Positions 37,514-47,661 of a DNA stretch of 64,000 bases are shown in pieces (positions within the stretch are counted from its first letter, which is position 1; each line of letters opens with the position of its first letter). The stretch is from a virus (Duplodnaviria; Caudoviricetes): positions 19,915 to 83,914 of IMG/VR virus record IMGVR_UViG_3300042257_000094; one strand, given 5' to 3'. A model generated the notes under the pieces. That model did no database searches and had not been told where the DNA came from. It saw only the letters and a program-made list of their open reading frames with translations. The position numbers were made by a program, and so were the translations under genes.

Positions 37514-40500
37514 TAAGTCTTTAGATATATATAATAGTAATACACAGAAAATTTCTAAAGAAGATAGTGGAAATTTCGTAAGCGTAACATGCATTGAAAA
37601 TATTTTCGATCCTCATAACAGCCAGAAAGTGGAGCTATATGAGCACGGGGAAACTCTTGCTCAACTAATTAGTAAATTTAATCCGATCATGGCTAGTAAT
37701 ATGGAAGTCGTTGTTTCCATTGATGGCATGGTTGTAGAAGAAGATTCGTCTGAATTTAAGAATATTGTTCCCGCCAAAGGTAGTAATGTTGTATATGCTA
37801 CGGTTCCGCAAGGCGGGGGAGGCGGCGGGAAGAACCCCCTATCCATGGTCGCAATGTTGGCGGTAACGGTGGTTGCGGCTTGGGCGGCTCCTGCATTAGT
37901 TTCGGGAATTGGTTATGGTATTTGGGGCGGAGCAGGATCCCTTGTGGCTTCTAGTATTGCGGCTACAGCAGTGTCTTTAACTCAGGCGGCACTAACAGTA
38001 GCGGGGGGGATGTTAGTATCTTCTGTATTTGGTAGTTCTATGCCAGATGTAGGCGCACCTAATATAGAGAATGTAACATCTACCCCTACTTACGGGTGGG
38101 AGCGTGACCCAAACCAGCAAGAACAAGGAGTGGTTGTTCCTGTTTTATATGGTAGACATCGAGTAACCCCTCCTATTATCAATTCCTTTATCACCACTAA
38201 AGATGATAATCAGATTTATAATGCTCTATATTGTATAGCAGATCACAAAATTGATGCTATTGAAAATGTGTATATTAATGATAACCCGGCTTCTAATTAT
38301 AAAGAGATTACGCTTAGTAAACGATACGGAGAAATAAATCAAGGTATTATTCCGGCTTTTTCAGATGTTATTTATAATAAGTCGGTTGATGTTAAGTTAT
38401 CTACTGATTGGTCGCAAACAGAAACAGATGGAAATGCAGTAAACGGCATTGGCGTTAATATATTTATTCCAGCATTGTATTACGCGAATGATGCGGGCGG
38501 TTTATCAAAGCAAACTATCACATTAAACATACAGTATAGAAAAAAGGGAACTGAAGATTGGAATGATTTTGTTGAAAATAAGGTAGAATTAGAACAAATT
38601 TCATTTTCGGGAGAACCATATTGGTCTGTCGGGTACCCAGGTAATGGTGGTTGGGTAGAGGTAGAAGCTGGATCAAGTGTAAGAGATGAACACGCGGAGG
38701 GGGAGCGGTATGCTTCTGATCAAGAAAAGTGCTATTGGAAGTGGATAGATTATGAATATACTAGAAAATGGATTTATGTTCCTATGCCATCAGGCCATAA
38801 CATAAAAAAAATTGTTCAGTATAAAATTGATCCAATTATTTATAAAGAGGTCGTTGTACCATACTCTGATATTATTATACGTGGGGCTACGCAAGACCCA
38901 ATTCGCAGGGATTATTATGCGTATGACGTTGAACCCGGAAAATATGAAGTTCGTGCTAGGTTAAAAAATGCTCCTCCAACAGGAACTAGATACGGCAATG
39001 ATACCTATTTCTCTGCACTTCAGGAAATTATTTATGATGATTTCACTTATCCCGGAACAGCTCTTCTAGGATTGGAAGCACTCGCTACTGATCAATTAAG
39101 CGGCTCTGCTCCTACGGTTTCTGTGGAGGTGGAACGTGAAAATGTTCGTGTTTGGACAGGAGAGCAATACGAAGATAAGCCCGCTAACAATCCGGCGTGG
39201 GCGTGTTATGATATTCTTCACAACGACATTTACGGAGGTAGTCAGCCTGTAAATAGATTCCTTCTTGAAGATTTTGAAGAATGGGCAGATTATTGTGAAG
39301 AGAATAAATTATTTGTAAATATTTATGTAGCCGCTCCATCCGATCTACGTAGTATTTTAGATGCTATATCTGTTATTGGGCATGGTTCTATTGTGCATAA
39401 AGGCTCTCAATATGGGGTGGTTATAGATAAAAAAGAAGAGATAAGTGTTCAGCATTTCATGTACACTAAAGGGAATATGATTGAGGGCACTTATTCTAAT
39501 GCCCTTCTTGATACTACTGATAGAGCCAATGCAGTTGAAGTTACGTATTTTGACCAAACCCTTGACTATTCTAGACAAATTATTGAAGTATACCAAAGTG
39601 GTTACGATAGAGAGCAGACAGTAATTAATAAGAATAGTGTGACTCTTGTTGGATGTGTAGATAGAGAACAGGCCATTAAATATGGTAAAAGATTATTGCT
39701 TCAAAATAGATATCTAACACAGATTATTTCTTTTGAGGCGGGAATAGATTCTATCACGTGCTTCCCCGGTCAAGTTATCGACGTTTCTCATGATGTTCCT
39801 CAGTGGGGACTTTCTTCTGGTAGGATATTATCAGCCACCTCAAACGGGGTTAAATTACCGGAGAAAGTTGAGTTGTTGGGCGGGGAACAGTATGCAATTC
39901 AGGTAAGGAAATCAATAGACGATTCTATTGAGACAGTTAATATAGTTACTCCTACGGTAGATACGACTACAGATGAATTAACATTAAATGGAACATGGGA
40001 AAGCACTCCTGAAAAGAATGATTTATATGCTTTTGGTAAAGTTAATAATGTAACAAAAAAATTTAGGGTGACTTCTATTACTCGTTCTGGTGATGAAATG
40101 ACCAGAAGGATATCTGCGATTGAATATGTACCTGAAATATATGGAGATTTATCTGGACAATTACCTGAAGTAGAAGTCGGGGAATCCAAGTTTGTTTCTG
40201 ATCTGTCTGCCAAAGAAGTGTGGGTATTTGCTAATGATGGTACTGGAAAATCCGTAATTAGTGTGGAATGGAACGGAAAGGCATTATCTTGGAATGTATT
40301 CTTGAAATCAGAAGGTAAGCCGTGGGAGGTGGTAGGACAGGCCAATAAGAATTCATTTAGAATAGAGAAATCATTCACAGTCGGTAAAACATATCAAGTA
40401 TCTGTGTCTCCTTATAATACTCCCGATTTACGTTTTGTTGAAACCATATATATAAAAGGTAAACAAGCACCTCCCTCTGACGTTCTTGGTTTCTCAGCCA

Positions 40501-41516
40501 CCAGCACTAAGAGAAACGTAACTCTTACATGGGACCACATTCCTGATGTGGACCTGCTTGGTTATAATATTGTAGAGGGAGTTGATTATAATAGAGGTAG
40601 ACCTATTGCAACTGGGATTACTGAAAATGAGTTTTCTTGGGAACCAGCTGTATCGGGTACATATACTTTTTGGATAAAGGCAGTAGATAGGACTTTTAAT
40701 GAAAGTGTAAACGCCGCATCTGCTCAAGCGTCCATAGATATATCAGATGTATTTAATATTGTGGTGGATAGAGAAGAGATTCCTGTTTATGTACCAGATG
40801 CGACTTTATATAACTTGTATAATGACAGTTTAAATAATGTTGTGTCATGGATTCCTGGAATGGTGGATACGGATGTTAGTACAGAAACTGATGTAACTCC
40901 CACACTCACTACATATAATGGAAATTTTGATAATGGAGTATACACTTCTGATATTATTGATTTAGGAACAAAAACCACATATACATTAAGACAGTACGCG
41001 GAAAAAGATGCAATATTGACAAACCCCACAGATACTTCTTTTATATATGGTAGAACAGATATAACGTTCCCGTTAGACACAGATATGAACATAACATCTC
41101 TTGCTAAATATAAATTAAAATATAGATATTCGGACGACGGGGTTTCATACTCCGACTGGAATGACTATACGAATATATCAGTAGTCAGTAGTAGGTATCT
41201 ACAAGTTAGGGCAGAAACGGATATTCGAGTTTCTACCACTAATTATAATTTTACTTCTATTTACACCGTGCTGGATGTTGACGATAAGGTAAAAAAATTG
41301 TATAATCAAACAATTGCTGATACAGGAACAGAGTTCTTACTTAGCAGTGTTCCGATTACAATATATGTAACTTATAATGTAGGTGTAACAGTATTAGGAG
41401 CAGGGTTTGCCACGTATAGTGTAGATATTCAAAGCGATAGATTTATTGTATATGTATATGATGTTAATGGAAATGGAATTTCTAGAGACGTTAACTTGGA
41501 AATATCTGGGTATTAA
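37506..41516 (+). CDS. central tail tip protein (gpI+gpJ-like, FN3 domains)
   Basis: VPQGGGGGGKNP, VPVLYG, YPGTAL, NNPAW..YD, APPSDV..F, YTFWIKAVDRT. Confidence 0.88.
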   Translation: MTNKSLDIYNSNTQKISKEDSGNFVSVTCIENIFDPHNSQKVELYEHGETLAQLISKFNPIMASNMEVVVSIDGMVVEEDSSEFKNIVPAKGSNVVYATVPQGGGGGGKNPLSMVAMLAVTVVAAWAAPALVSGIGYGIWGGAGSLVASSIAATAVSLTQAALTVAGGMLVSSVFGSSMPDVGAPNIENVTSTPTYGWERDPNQQEQGVVVPVLYGRHRVTPPIINSFITTKDDNQIYNALYCIADHKIDAIENVYINDNPASNYKEITLSKRYGEINQGIIPAFSDVIYNKSVDVKLSTDWSQTETDGNAVNGIGVNIFIPALYYANDAGGLSKQTITLNIQYRKKGTEDWNDFVENKVELEQISFSGEPYWSVGYPGNGGWVEVEAGSSVRDEHAEGERYASDQEKCYWKWIDYEYTRKWIYVPMPSGHNIKKIVQYKIDPIIYKEVVVPYSDIIIRGATQDPIRRDYYAYDVEPGKYEVRARLKNAPPTGTRYGNDTYFSALQEIIYDDFTYPGTALLGLEALATDQLSGSAPTVSVEVERENVRVWTGEQYEDKPANNPAWACYDILHNDIYGGSQPVNRFLLEDFEEWADYCEENKLFVNIYVAAPSDLRSILDAISVIGHGSIVHKGSQYGVVIDKKEEISVQHFMYTKGNMIEGTYSNALLDTTDRANAVEVTYFDQTLDYSRQIIEVYQSGYDREQTVINKNSVTLVGCVDREQAIKYGKRLLLQNRYLTQIISFEAGIDSITCFPGQVIDVSHDVPQWGLSSGRILSATSNGVKLPEKVELLGGEQYAIQVRKSIDDSIETVNIVTPTVDTTTDELTLNGTWESTPEKNDLYAFGKVNNVTKKFRVTSITRSGDEMTRRISAIEYVPEIYGDLSGQLPEVEVGESKFVSDLSAKEVWVFANDGTGKSVISVEWNGKALSWNVFLKSEGKPWEVVGQANKNSFRIEKSFTVGKTYQVSVSPYNTPDLRFVETIYIKGKQAPPSDVLGFSATSTKRNVTLTWDHIPDVDLLGYNIVEGVDYNRGRPIATGITENEFSWEPAVSGTYTFWIKAVDRTFNESVNAASAQASIDISDVFNIVVDREEIPVYVPDATLYNLYNDSLNNVVSWIPGMVDTDVSTETDVTPTLTTYNGNFDNGVYTSDIIDLGTKTTYTLRQYAEKDAILTNPTDTSFIYGRTDITFPLDTDMNITSLAKYKLKYRYSDDGVSYSDWNDYTNISVVSSRYLQVRAETDIRVSTTNYNFTSIYTVLDVDDKVKKLYNQTIADTGTEFLLSSVPITIYVTYNVGVTVLGAGFATYSVDIQSDRFIVYVYDVNGNGISRDVNLEISGY

Positions 41517-41529
41517 ATAGGAGATGTAA

Positions 41530-42837
41530 ATGTCACAAAACTTTTCACCGTTACAATCAGGAGTTACCGTATTCGGTGATTTATATGGAATAATCAATAA
41601 TAATATTGATGCAATTCGTTCACAGTGGAGTGGTACGTCTGCCCCCGGCAGTCCTGCTATAGGTCAGCCTTTTTATAATATAACAAATAATACAGTAACT
41701 ATTTGGAACGGCTCTACTTGGCAGGATCTGGCAGAGGCATCTATTACCGTTCTTACTCTTATGAACGAAATAGTTACCGCTCGTGGAGTAACCGATTCAT
41801 TAAATGATAGGCTCAGCGTGTCTATAAATGATGATGGCACATTAAAGGGGGACGCACCTGTTGGGACGTGGTGGATGACTGAGCCAGATGCGGTATCTTA
41901 TTCCGATTCTTCTACTTTTACAGTTAGTGGAAATAAAACTGCATTATATGTTCCAGATAGAGCCGTTCACTTATATCAAACAAGCGATGCTTTTGGATAC
42001 ATTGCATCCTCCACATATGATGGCAGCAGTGATGTTACTACTGTAACGTTAACTCAACCAGTAATAGATAGTGGGCTTATTGGTGTGGAGTACGGGCAAC
42101 CTCCCTTAAATGCCCCTGCTAGTTTGAAAGAATCTGATATTGGTGTAAAAATTTTAGCTCCGGATGGAGACGGATCTGGGTTATCTGGCTTTGGAACAGC
42201 GGCTACTCGGGACGTGGGGACGGCCCCGGGGAACGTGCCTGTGCTGGATGCGGAGGGCAAGCTGGCTGAGAGCGTTCTGCCAAGCAGCGGAGTACCGTCC
42301 GGGCTGATTATGCTCAGTTCAGACGGAACTGTGCCTGCCGGGTGGGAGAAGGTTGAAAACCCTTTAGACGTCGAGATTACTGGCAGAGTCTCACCAATAA
42401 TGACAGGACCAACAACCGGGGATTGGACGGCAACGGAAAGCCCGACACCGTACGAAGGTGCTTTTTGGAAGGTGTTTGATGGGTCTCCTGACCAACCAAA
42501 TTACTGGATAACACAGCAACCGTCTGATGTGTACGGTGTGTTGGAAAACACCGCATCTTCTTTCACCTTTGACAGATACAAAGTAACAAGCACAGATCGC
42601 CCCTCTTATCATCCAAAAGACTGGCGGCTTCAGTATTGGGACGGGTCGGCTTGGCAGACTGCCCACACTGTTACCGATGCGCCTAGTTGGACAAGCAAGG
42701 AGACACGGTTGTATCTTCTGCCACAGACGGTGACGACACAAAAAATCCGTTTTTACATGGACGCCTCCAATGATATATATCTTGGAATTTCTGAACTTGA
42801 ATTGATACAAATGCCTGTATGGGTAAGGAAGCTGTAA
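41530..42837 (+). CDS. tail fibre/receptor-binding protein with C-terminal discoidin (F5/8C)-like domain
   Basis: GTAATRDVGT fibre motif; WKVFDG...PKDWRLQYWDGSAW...ISELEL. Confidence 0.75.
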   Translation: MSQNFSPLQSGVTVFGDLYGIINNNIDAIRSQWSGTSAPGSPAIGQPFYNITNNTVTIWNGSTWQDLAEASITVLTLMNEIVTARGVTDSLNDRLSVSINDDGTLKGDAPVGTWWMTEPDAVSYSDSSTFTVSGNKTALYVPDRAVHLYQTSDAFGYIASSTYDGSSDVTTVTLTQPVIDSGLIGVEYGQPPLNAPASLKESDIGVKILAPDGDGSGLSGFGTAATRDVGTAPGNVPVLDAEGKLAESVLPSSGVPSGLIMLSSDGTVPAGWEKVENPLDVEITGRVSPIMTGPTTGDWTATESPTPYEGAFWKVFDGSPDQPNYWITQQPSDVYGVLENTASSFTFDRYKVTSTDRPSYHPKDWRLQYWDGSAWQTAHTVTDAPSWTSKETRLYLLPQTVTTQKIRFYMDASNDIYLGISELELIQMPVWVRKL

Positions 42838-42840
42838 AAA

Positions 42841-43206
42841 ATGAAGTATCACTACTTTGACAACGTAACAGGACAATATCTAGGGACATTCGAAGGTGAA
42901 CACTGCCCCCCCAGTGCCACAACAACCCCACCGCCGGAGCAGAGCGGCGCATGGTACTGGACTGGTGTGAGGTGGGTCAACGAGCCGCAAGGGAAGTACC
43001 CGGAGCCGACCCCCGCTGAAGCAGCTAAAGCACGGCAGGACGCGATTCTGGCCGAATTAGAATCTATGGACCGCTTTCTGCCGCGTAGTGTGGAAGACCT
43101 GTTGGACGCAGGTGTTGTCAAGCTTGCTGACCTGTCCCAGGAAAACCAGGATCGCTGGGCAAAGAAGTTAGCCCTGCGGAGTGAATTGGCGGGAATTACT
43201 ACATAG
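42841..43206 (+). CDS. tail fibre assembly chaperone
   Basis: YFDNVTGQYLG...ATTTPPP...W.G.RW. Confidence 0.65.
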   Translation: MKYHYFDNVTGQYLGTFEGEHCPPSATTTPPPEQSGAWYWTGVRWVNEPQGKYPEPTPAEAAKARQDAILAELESMDRFLPRSVEDLLDAGVVKLADLSQENQDRWAKKLALRSELAGITT

Positions 43207-43215
43207 GGAGATACT

Positions 43216-43524
43216 GTGAAAAAAATAATTAAAAAAATTACAGATTTTTTATTTTCTGTTTTTTCAGATAATGGAGGACGCCTATCGAGCATGCGTATTT
43301 TAAGCGCGTTTGCGATAGTGGTTCCTATTTTAGTCTGGACCGTTTATGTATTCGTAAATGAGTGGCAAGATTTTAACGAATCCTTTGCATTACTTATTTT
43401 AGGTGCTTTAGGTAGTAAGGCCGCACAAAAATGGGCAGAAAGCAAGAATGGTAGTACGAAATCTAACTCTACCAATAAAGAAGTTCCTCCTGAATTTAAT
43501 GTCTCATCTGATAAAAAGGAATAA
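43216..43524 (+). CDS. holin
   Basis: GRLSSMR plus two TM segments and KAAQKWAE. Confidence 0.7.
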   Translation: MKKIIKKITDFLFSVFSDNGGRLSSMRILSAFAIVVPILVWTVYVFVNEWQDFNESFALLILGALGSKAAQKWAESKNGSTKSNSTNKEVPPEFNVSSDKKE

Positions 43525-43529
43525 TATTT

Positions 43530-43949
43530 ATGTTTATTTTTTCAGCGTTCCTTTCATTTTTTGGAGGCAAGAAGCAAGGTGTAATTGTTATCCTGCTGGG
43601 GATTGTTATTGCTTCCCTAGGCTTTCTCTATATGTGGGAAAAGACTTCTCATAGTAATACGAAAGTAGAACTTGCTAACAAAGTATCGGAACTATCTACT
43701 ATAAAAAATATAAATAAACAACTAGAACAAGATCAGGAAACAAAACAACTTGTTATTGATGGGCTACAAAACCAAATTGTTTCATATAAAAAAGACTTTG
43801 AAGAATATAGAAAGCAATATGATAAAATGCTTGAGATTTGCAAGAATACAAGAGAGATAGATAAAGAAGATTCTAAACTGAGAGTATTAGATGAGAAGTC
43901 AAATGAAGAATACATTAAAGCAATCAATTCTGTTCTTGGTTTTAAGTAG
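43530..43949 (+). CDS. inner-membrane spanin
   Basis: N-terminal TM plus coiled coil; overlaps the lipoprotein gene. Confidence 0.7.
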   Translation: MFIFSAFLSFFGGKKQGVIVILLGIVIASLGFLYMWEKTSHSNTKVELANKVSELSTIKNINKQLEQDQETKQLVIDGLQNQIVSYKKDFEEYRKQYDKMLEICKNTREIDKEDSKLRVLDEKSNEEYIKAINSVLGFK

Positions 43950-44211
43950 CCTACTCTTTATTAATGGATGTGGTCCTAAAATAGTAGAACACACTATTAC
44001 AGTAACTAGAGTTCCAGAACGAATTGAACCTCCTACTGATCCGGTTTATAAAAAGATTCCAGAAGGAGTTCATTTAGGCTCAAAGAAATCGGCAATGATT
44101 ATTTGGAAGAATTTTCTTGAAGCGGAGAGGGCAAGAAAAGAAGCAAAAGCCGCATATGAAGCCTATGACTCTCAGGTAAATGAACTTAAGGAAGATAAGA
44201 ATGAAGACTAA
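43903..44211 (+). CDS. outer-membrane spanin (lipoprotein)
   Basis: Lipobox LFINGC; Pro-rich. Confidence 0.7.
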   Translation: MKNTLKQSILFLVLSSLLFINGCGPKIVEHTITVTRVPERIEPPTDPVYKKIPEGVHLGSKKSAMIIWKNFLEAERARKEAKAAYEAYDSQVNELKEDKNED

Positions 44212-44629
44212 GCATTTCAATATAAAAGAATTAGTTAATCCGAATATTTATAAAAGATATGGAGACTCCTCTTGGAAATTCCTCAATCCTCTTATTTTGA
44301 ATGTTATTGACACACTTAGGGAAGGTATTGGTTCTCCGATTATTATCAATGATTGGCAGTGGGGCGGCAATTATCAAGATAGTGGTATGCGAGAAGTAGA
44401 CTCTTCCATAGGAGCATTATATTCTATGCACAAGTTTGGTTGTGCAATGGATTTAAAATTTCCTGATTCTTCTGTTGATGTAGTTTACGATTACATTCTT
44501 GATAATGAAGAATATTGGTATAATACTGGTGTCAGACGTTTGGAAAATATCAAACATACACCTACTTGGTTGCACATAGATTGCGCTAATACTCATCTGA
44601 ACGGAAAAATCCACGTATTTAATGTTTAG
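44201..44629 (+). CDS. endolysin, peptidase M15 family
   Basis: SGMR...SMHKFGCAMD...WLHID Zn motifs. Confidence 0.85.
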   Translation: MKTKHFNIKELVNPNIYKRYGDSSWKFLNPLILNVIDTLREGIGSPIIINDWQWGGNYQDSGMREVDSSIGALYSMHKFGCAMDLKFPDSSVDVVYDYILDNEEYWYNTGVRRLENIKHTPTWLHIDCANTHLNGKIHVFNV

Positions 44630-44650
44630 CGAAACGTGGTGGGGTAGGAT

Positions 44651-44848
44651 ATGATCATGGACCCATTAGATATGCTCAAGGACAGTTCTGATAAACTGTC
44701 CGAGAAAGTTTACACATTGATAGAAGAAGTTGCAAATATAAAAGCACAACAAAAAGTTATATGGGCTGTTCTAATGTTGTTCGTGTCTGGAACTGTTGGA
44801 ACGTTCTTTTATATAATTCACGTATTGATTAAAACACATATAGGTTAG
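44651..44848 (+). CDS. small coiled-coil plus TM protein
   Basis: Single C-terminal TM segment. Confidence 0.55.
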   Translation: MIMDPLDMLKDSSDKLSEKVYTLIEEVANIKAQQKVIWAVLMLFVSGTVGTFFYIIHVLIKTHIG

Positions 44849-44862
44849 GGAGATAGAAAGAT

Positions 44863-45564
44863 ATGTTTGGTTTATTGGTAGAGCATAAAAATAGACTTAA
44901 AAAAACGGCTGATGAGATAACTAAGGCAAAGAGAAATTTTGATACTGCTTTTCAAATGGCAAAAGAGCAGAGAGAAGAACTTATTCGAACCAAGCACCAA
45001 CTTGAAGAAGCAAATGACGCTCTACATAAAGCAAACGCTCAATTATATCAGAACAATAAACTTATGTCGGATATGGCACATGCAGCAGGAGGATTGATCT
45101 GTAGAAAAGATAGTGAGGGGAGATTCCTCTTTGTTAATGAATACCAATGTGTTCATTTTTTCCGTATGCCAAAAACCTGTATGCCAGATATAATCGGTAT
45201 GACAGATATGGATATTATTAATGACTATCGAGAGGGGACGGGTAAACAACATAGTTTTGGGGATATATGCCGATCCTCAGATGAACACTGTAAGAAAATT
45301 GGCAAACGTTGTCTCTATGTTGAATTTGGTAATATAGATGGGGAACCTGTTGTGTTAAAGATGATAAAAACACCTATTTATGATGATAACGGAAATGATG
45401 ATGGTGTTGTTAACTTTGGTTGGGATATTTCCGCTCTTTGCACAGGTCTTATGGAAGAATTGGATAAGGGGTTGAAAGAAGGCACTGTTGAGCGGTTAGA
45501 TAAGTACGTTTATTGGGTTAAAGATGAGCATGAATGTAAACCACCTATTATACATTTAACGTAA
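44863..45564 (+). CDS. stand-alone coiled-coil plus PAS/PAC domain protein
   Basis: ICRKDSEGRFLFVN...IIGMTDMDI...KTPIYDDNGNDDGVVNFGWDIS. Confidence 0.8.
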   Translation: MFGLLVEHKNRLKKTADEITKAKRNFDTAFQMAKEQREELIRTKHQLEEANDALHKANAQLYQNNKLMSDMAHAAGGLICRKDSEGRFLFVNEYQCVHFFRMPKTCMPDIIGMTDMDIINDYREGTGKQHSFGDICRSSDEHCKKIGKRCLYVEFGNIDGEPVVLKMIKTPIYDDNGNDDGVVNFGWDISALCTGLMEELDKGLKEGTVERLDKYVYWVKDEHECKPPIIHLT

Positions 45565-45743
45565 AAAGACGAGTACGGAGTTTTCAGAACAGTTTTTATC
45601 TTCCTAATGCAGTTCCGTTTGTGTTTGATGAAAAAATAGATATTGAGATTAGGGCCAAAGCAATTTCAACCGCTGTTCCTGCAAGTGTGGGGGTTGTTAC
45701 AATTCTTGTTAGAAAAAGTAACACATAGAAATGAGGTGTACAT

Positions 45744-46079
45744 ATGTCTCTTAAAAGTGTATATAGAAATACCGATGCTGAGTTGACTTTTGTAGTTAGA
45801 AACGATGCGGGGTCTTTGATTGATTTAACCGGATATTCCTCTGTGAAAATGGTAATTGGTACTACTGCTTATGAAAATGTAGCAAGTATTGATGGAACAG
45901 GTTTGGACGGCACGGGGGACTATAACGTTTCCGTGACTATTGCAAACGGCGATCCTGTGTGGGATAGTCTTACCGCAAGCTCATATCTATATCAAATTAA
46001 CTTGACTGATAATTTATCTAATATTACTATTCCTATTGAAGGTAGGTTGACTGTTAGAAGCCAGATTCCTGCTACCTAA
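45744..46079 (+). CDS. BppU-like small virion protein
   Basis: LTFVV...IDLTGY...YLYQINLTD...IEGRLTV. Confidence 0.6.
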   Translation: MSLKSVYRNTDAELTFVVRNDAGSLIDLTGYSSVKMVIGTTAYENVASIDGTGLDGTGDYNVSVTIANGDPVWDSLTASSYLYQINLTDNLSNITIPIEGRLTVRSQIPAT

Positions 46080-46103
46080 ATTAAACCGACTACCTACCTT
46101 ATT

Positions 46104-46137
46104 AGAAACCCCCTCTCTTTAACGAAAGGGGGTTTCT
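46104..46137. terminator. bidirectional terminator at the strand convergence
   Basis: AGAAACCCCCT/AGGGGGTTTCT. Confidence 0.85.
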
Positions 46138-46140
46138 TTA

Positions 46141-46761
46141 TTACCCTTGATTATATGCTTTGAAAAAACTATTTACATCCAATAATGACTCCTTAGAACA
46201 TAATTCAGGGCGTTTGTTAAGAAACTTTTCAAAATACCCACAAGTTTTCAATTCTTCACAATTTCGTTTTTTGATGCACTGGGGGACCATTCGATAGGCC
46301 AAGTCATAATCAACCCTTTGTACCTCAGTTCTAATTGCGTTCATAACCCACCTGGTATCGCGTGAGGATTTATAACAAAGCCTTTTATAGGACATATTGA
46401 GCATAGCTTCGGCGTTGCATATAAAATCCATTCTTACGGGAATATTTCGCGCAGTATCAATAAGATCATCCACGGTTTTGATTTCTAGTGAGAGCCTTTC
46501 ATCACTCTTTTTTCTACGATCCGACCTATTGGATTTGACAAAAGGAACGATAGTAACATGACGAACAAGATGCATTGCCACATAAGAAGGAATGTCATAT
46601 AGAGAAACATAGAAAATCTGTGTACGCATTGGTGAGTGCATACATTGATAAAGTCTATCCAGTGTGATATTTGAATCTGCATCTATGGTTGCCCCACATG
46701 CCCTTTGTGCTAGTTCCCTGTTTGTTACTTTCTCTACTTCTACTCTGAAAGTTTTACTCAT
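46141..46761 (-). CDS. thyX: divergent flavin-dependent thymidylate synthase
   Basis: HSPMR...HLVRH....SNR...RLC...MVPQC...C.E...CG. Confidence 0.6.
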   Translation of the reverse strand: MSKTFRVEVEKVTNRELAQRACGATIDADSNITLDRLYQCMHSPMRTQIFYVSLYDIPSYVAMHLVRHVTIVPFVKSNRSDRRKKSDERLSLEIKTVDDLIDTARNIPVRMDFICNAEAMLNMSYKRLCYKSSRDTRWVMNAIRTEVQRVDYDLAYRMVPQCIKKRNCEELKTCGYFEKFLNKRPELCSKESLLDVNSFFKAYNQG

Positions 46762-47104
46762 TTTCAACCACCCACTTATTATTCTCTTTTACTTCTATTT
46801 TAAGATTTTTAGGATTTAACATTTCTTCAACTTTTTCCTCAGGGGTAGGTTGTCCTTCTAACTCAGATAATTTCATTTCACAGTATGCAAGAAATCGTTT
46901 ATCTGAAGTCATCTTTTTAAAAGCATCATTCAGGTTTTGAATACGCTCTTTATTGTTTTGTCCCGTTTTTATGATTCCGGTTTCTATATGCCGAAGTCGA
47001 ACACAATTCTTATGTCTATTTCGATGTTGTCCTCCGGCCCCTGTACCAGAGAAGTATTCAATATGGAAGTCTTTCTTGGTAACTGAAAAAACAGGTTTAG
47101 TCAT
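46754..47104 (-). CDS. minimal class I release-factor homologue (GGQ domain, ArfB/PrfH-like)
   Basis: GTGAGGQHRNRHKNCVRLRHIETG. Confidence 0.85.
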   Translation of the reverse strand: MTKPVFSVTKKDFHIEYFSGTGAGGQHRNRHKNCVRLRHIETGIIKTGQNNKERIQNLNDAFKKMTSDKRFLAYCEMKLSELEGQPTPEEKVEEMLNPKNLKIEVKENNKWVVENE

Positions 47105-47269
47105 TTTTACTTTCCTTATTTATTGGGACACACTTTTGAACCTTGTTTATATGTTTAATAGCATTTATAAAAGCATTTAAACAATCTGGACACCTTTCGG
47201 GGTAGCCGGTGGTAGTGTTAGAACACCCTTTTAAAAATTCTTTACAGGCTCTTTCATAAGGATTCATAT

Positions 47270-47473
47270 CTACCACCAATATTTACCGTCTTTTTTAGAA
47301 ACAGGAATATCCTTTCCTTCACGCATGAGTTGTTTTTCCTTTCTTCGGTCTTTTCTTCGACGCATTTCTTTATACTGTCTATAGGATTCTTTAGAGGATA
47401 GCGTGCTCCCGTCTTTACCATCCCCGATACCACCAAAAAGCGTGTAATCTTTATTTCTATATGTTTTTCCCAT
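47270..47473 (-). CDS. small basic protein
   Basis: MGKTYR...RRRKDRRKEKQ. Confidence 0.5.
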   Translation of the reverse strand: MGKTYRNKDYTLFGGIGDGKDGSTLSSKESYRQYKEMRRRKDRRKEKQLMREGKDIPVSKKDGKYWW

Positions 47474-47528
47474 ATCTTAATTCCTATTCAAAAGGAGGGG
47501 AGTTTTATTTCTCCCCTCCTTGTCTACT

Positions 47529-47657
47529 TTACATAGAGCTTCCCTTCATAGAAAGGAACTTACGATCCTTGAACTCTTGCTTCTTACCCACATTCCAGTT
47601 ATCAACAGGACGGCAGTACCCAACAATCTTAGTATAGGTCTTGCATTTAACTTTCAT
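47529..47657 (-). CDS. stand-alone glycyl-radical domain of class III RNR (42 aa, not in ORF track)
   Basis: MKVKCKTYTKIVGYCRPVDNWNVGKKQEFKDRKFLSMKGSSM; AAGGAG RBS at 47665-47670; terminator follows. Confidence 0.88.
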   Translation of the reverse strand: MKVKCKTYTKIVGYCRPVDNWNVGKKQEFKDRKFLSMKGSSM

Positions 47658-47661
47658 AGCA

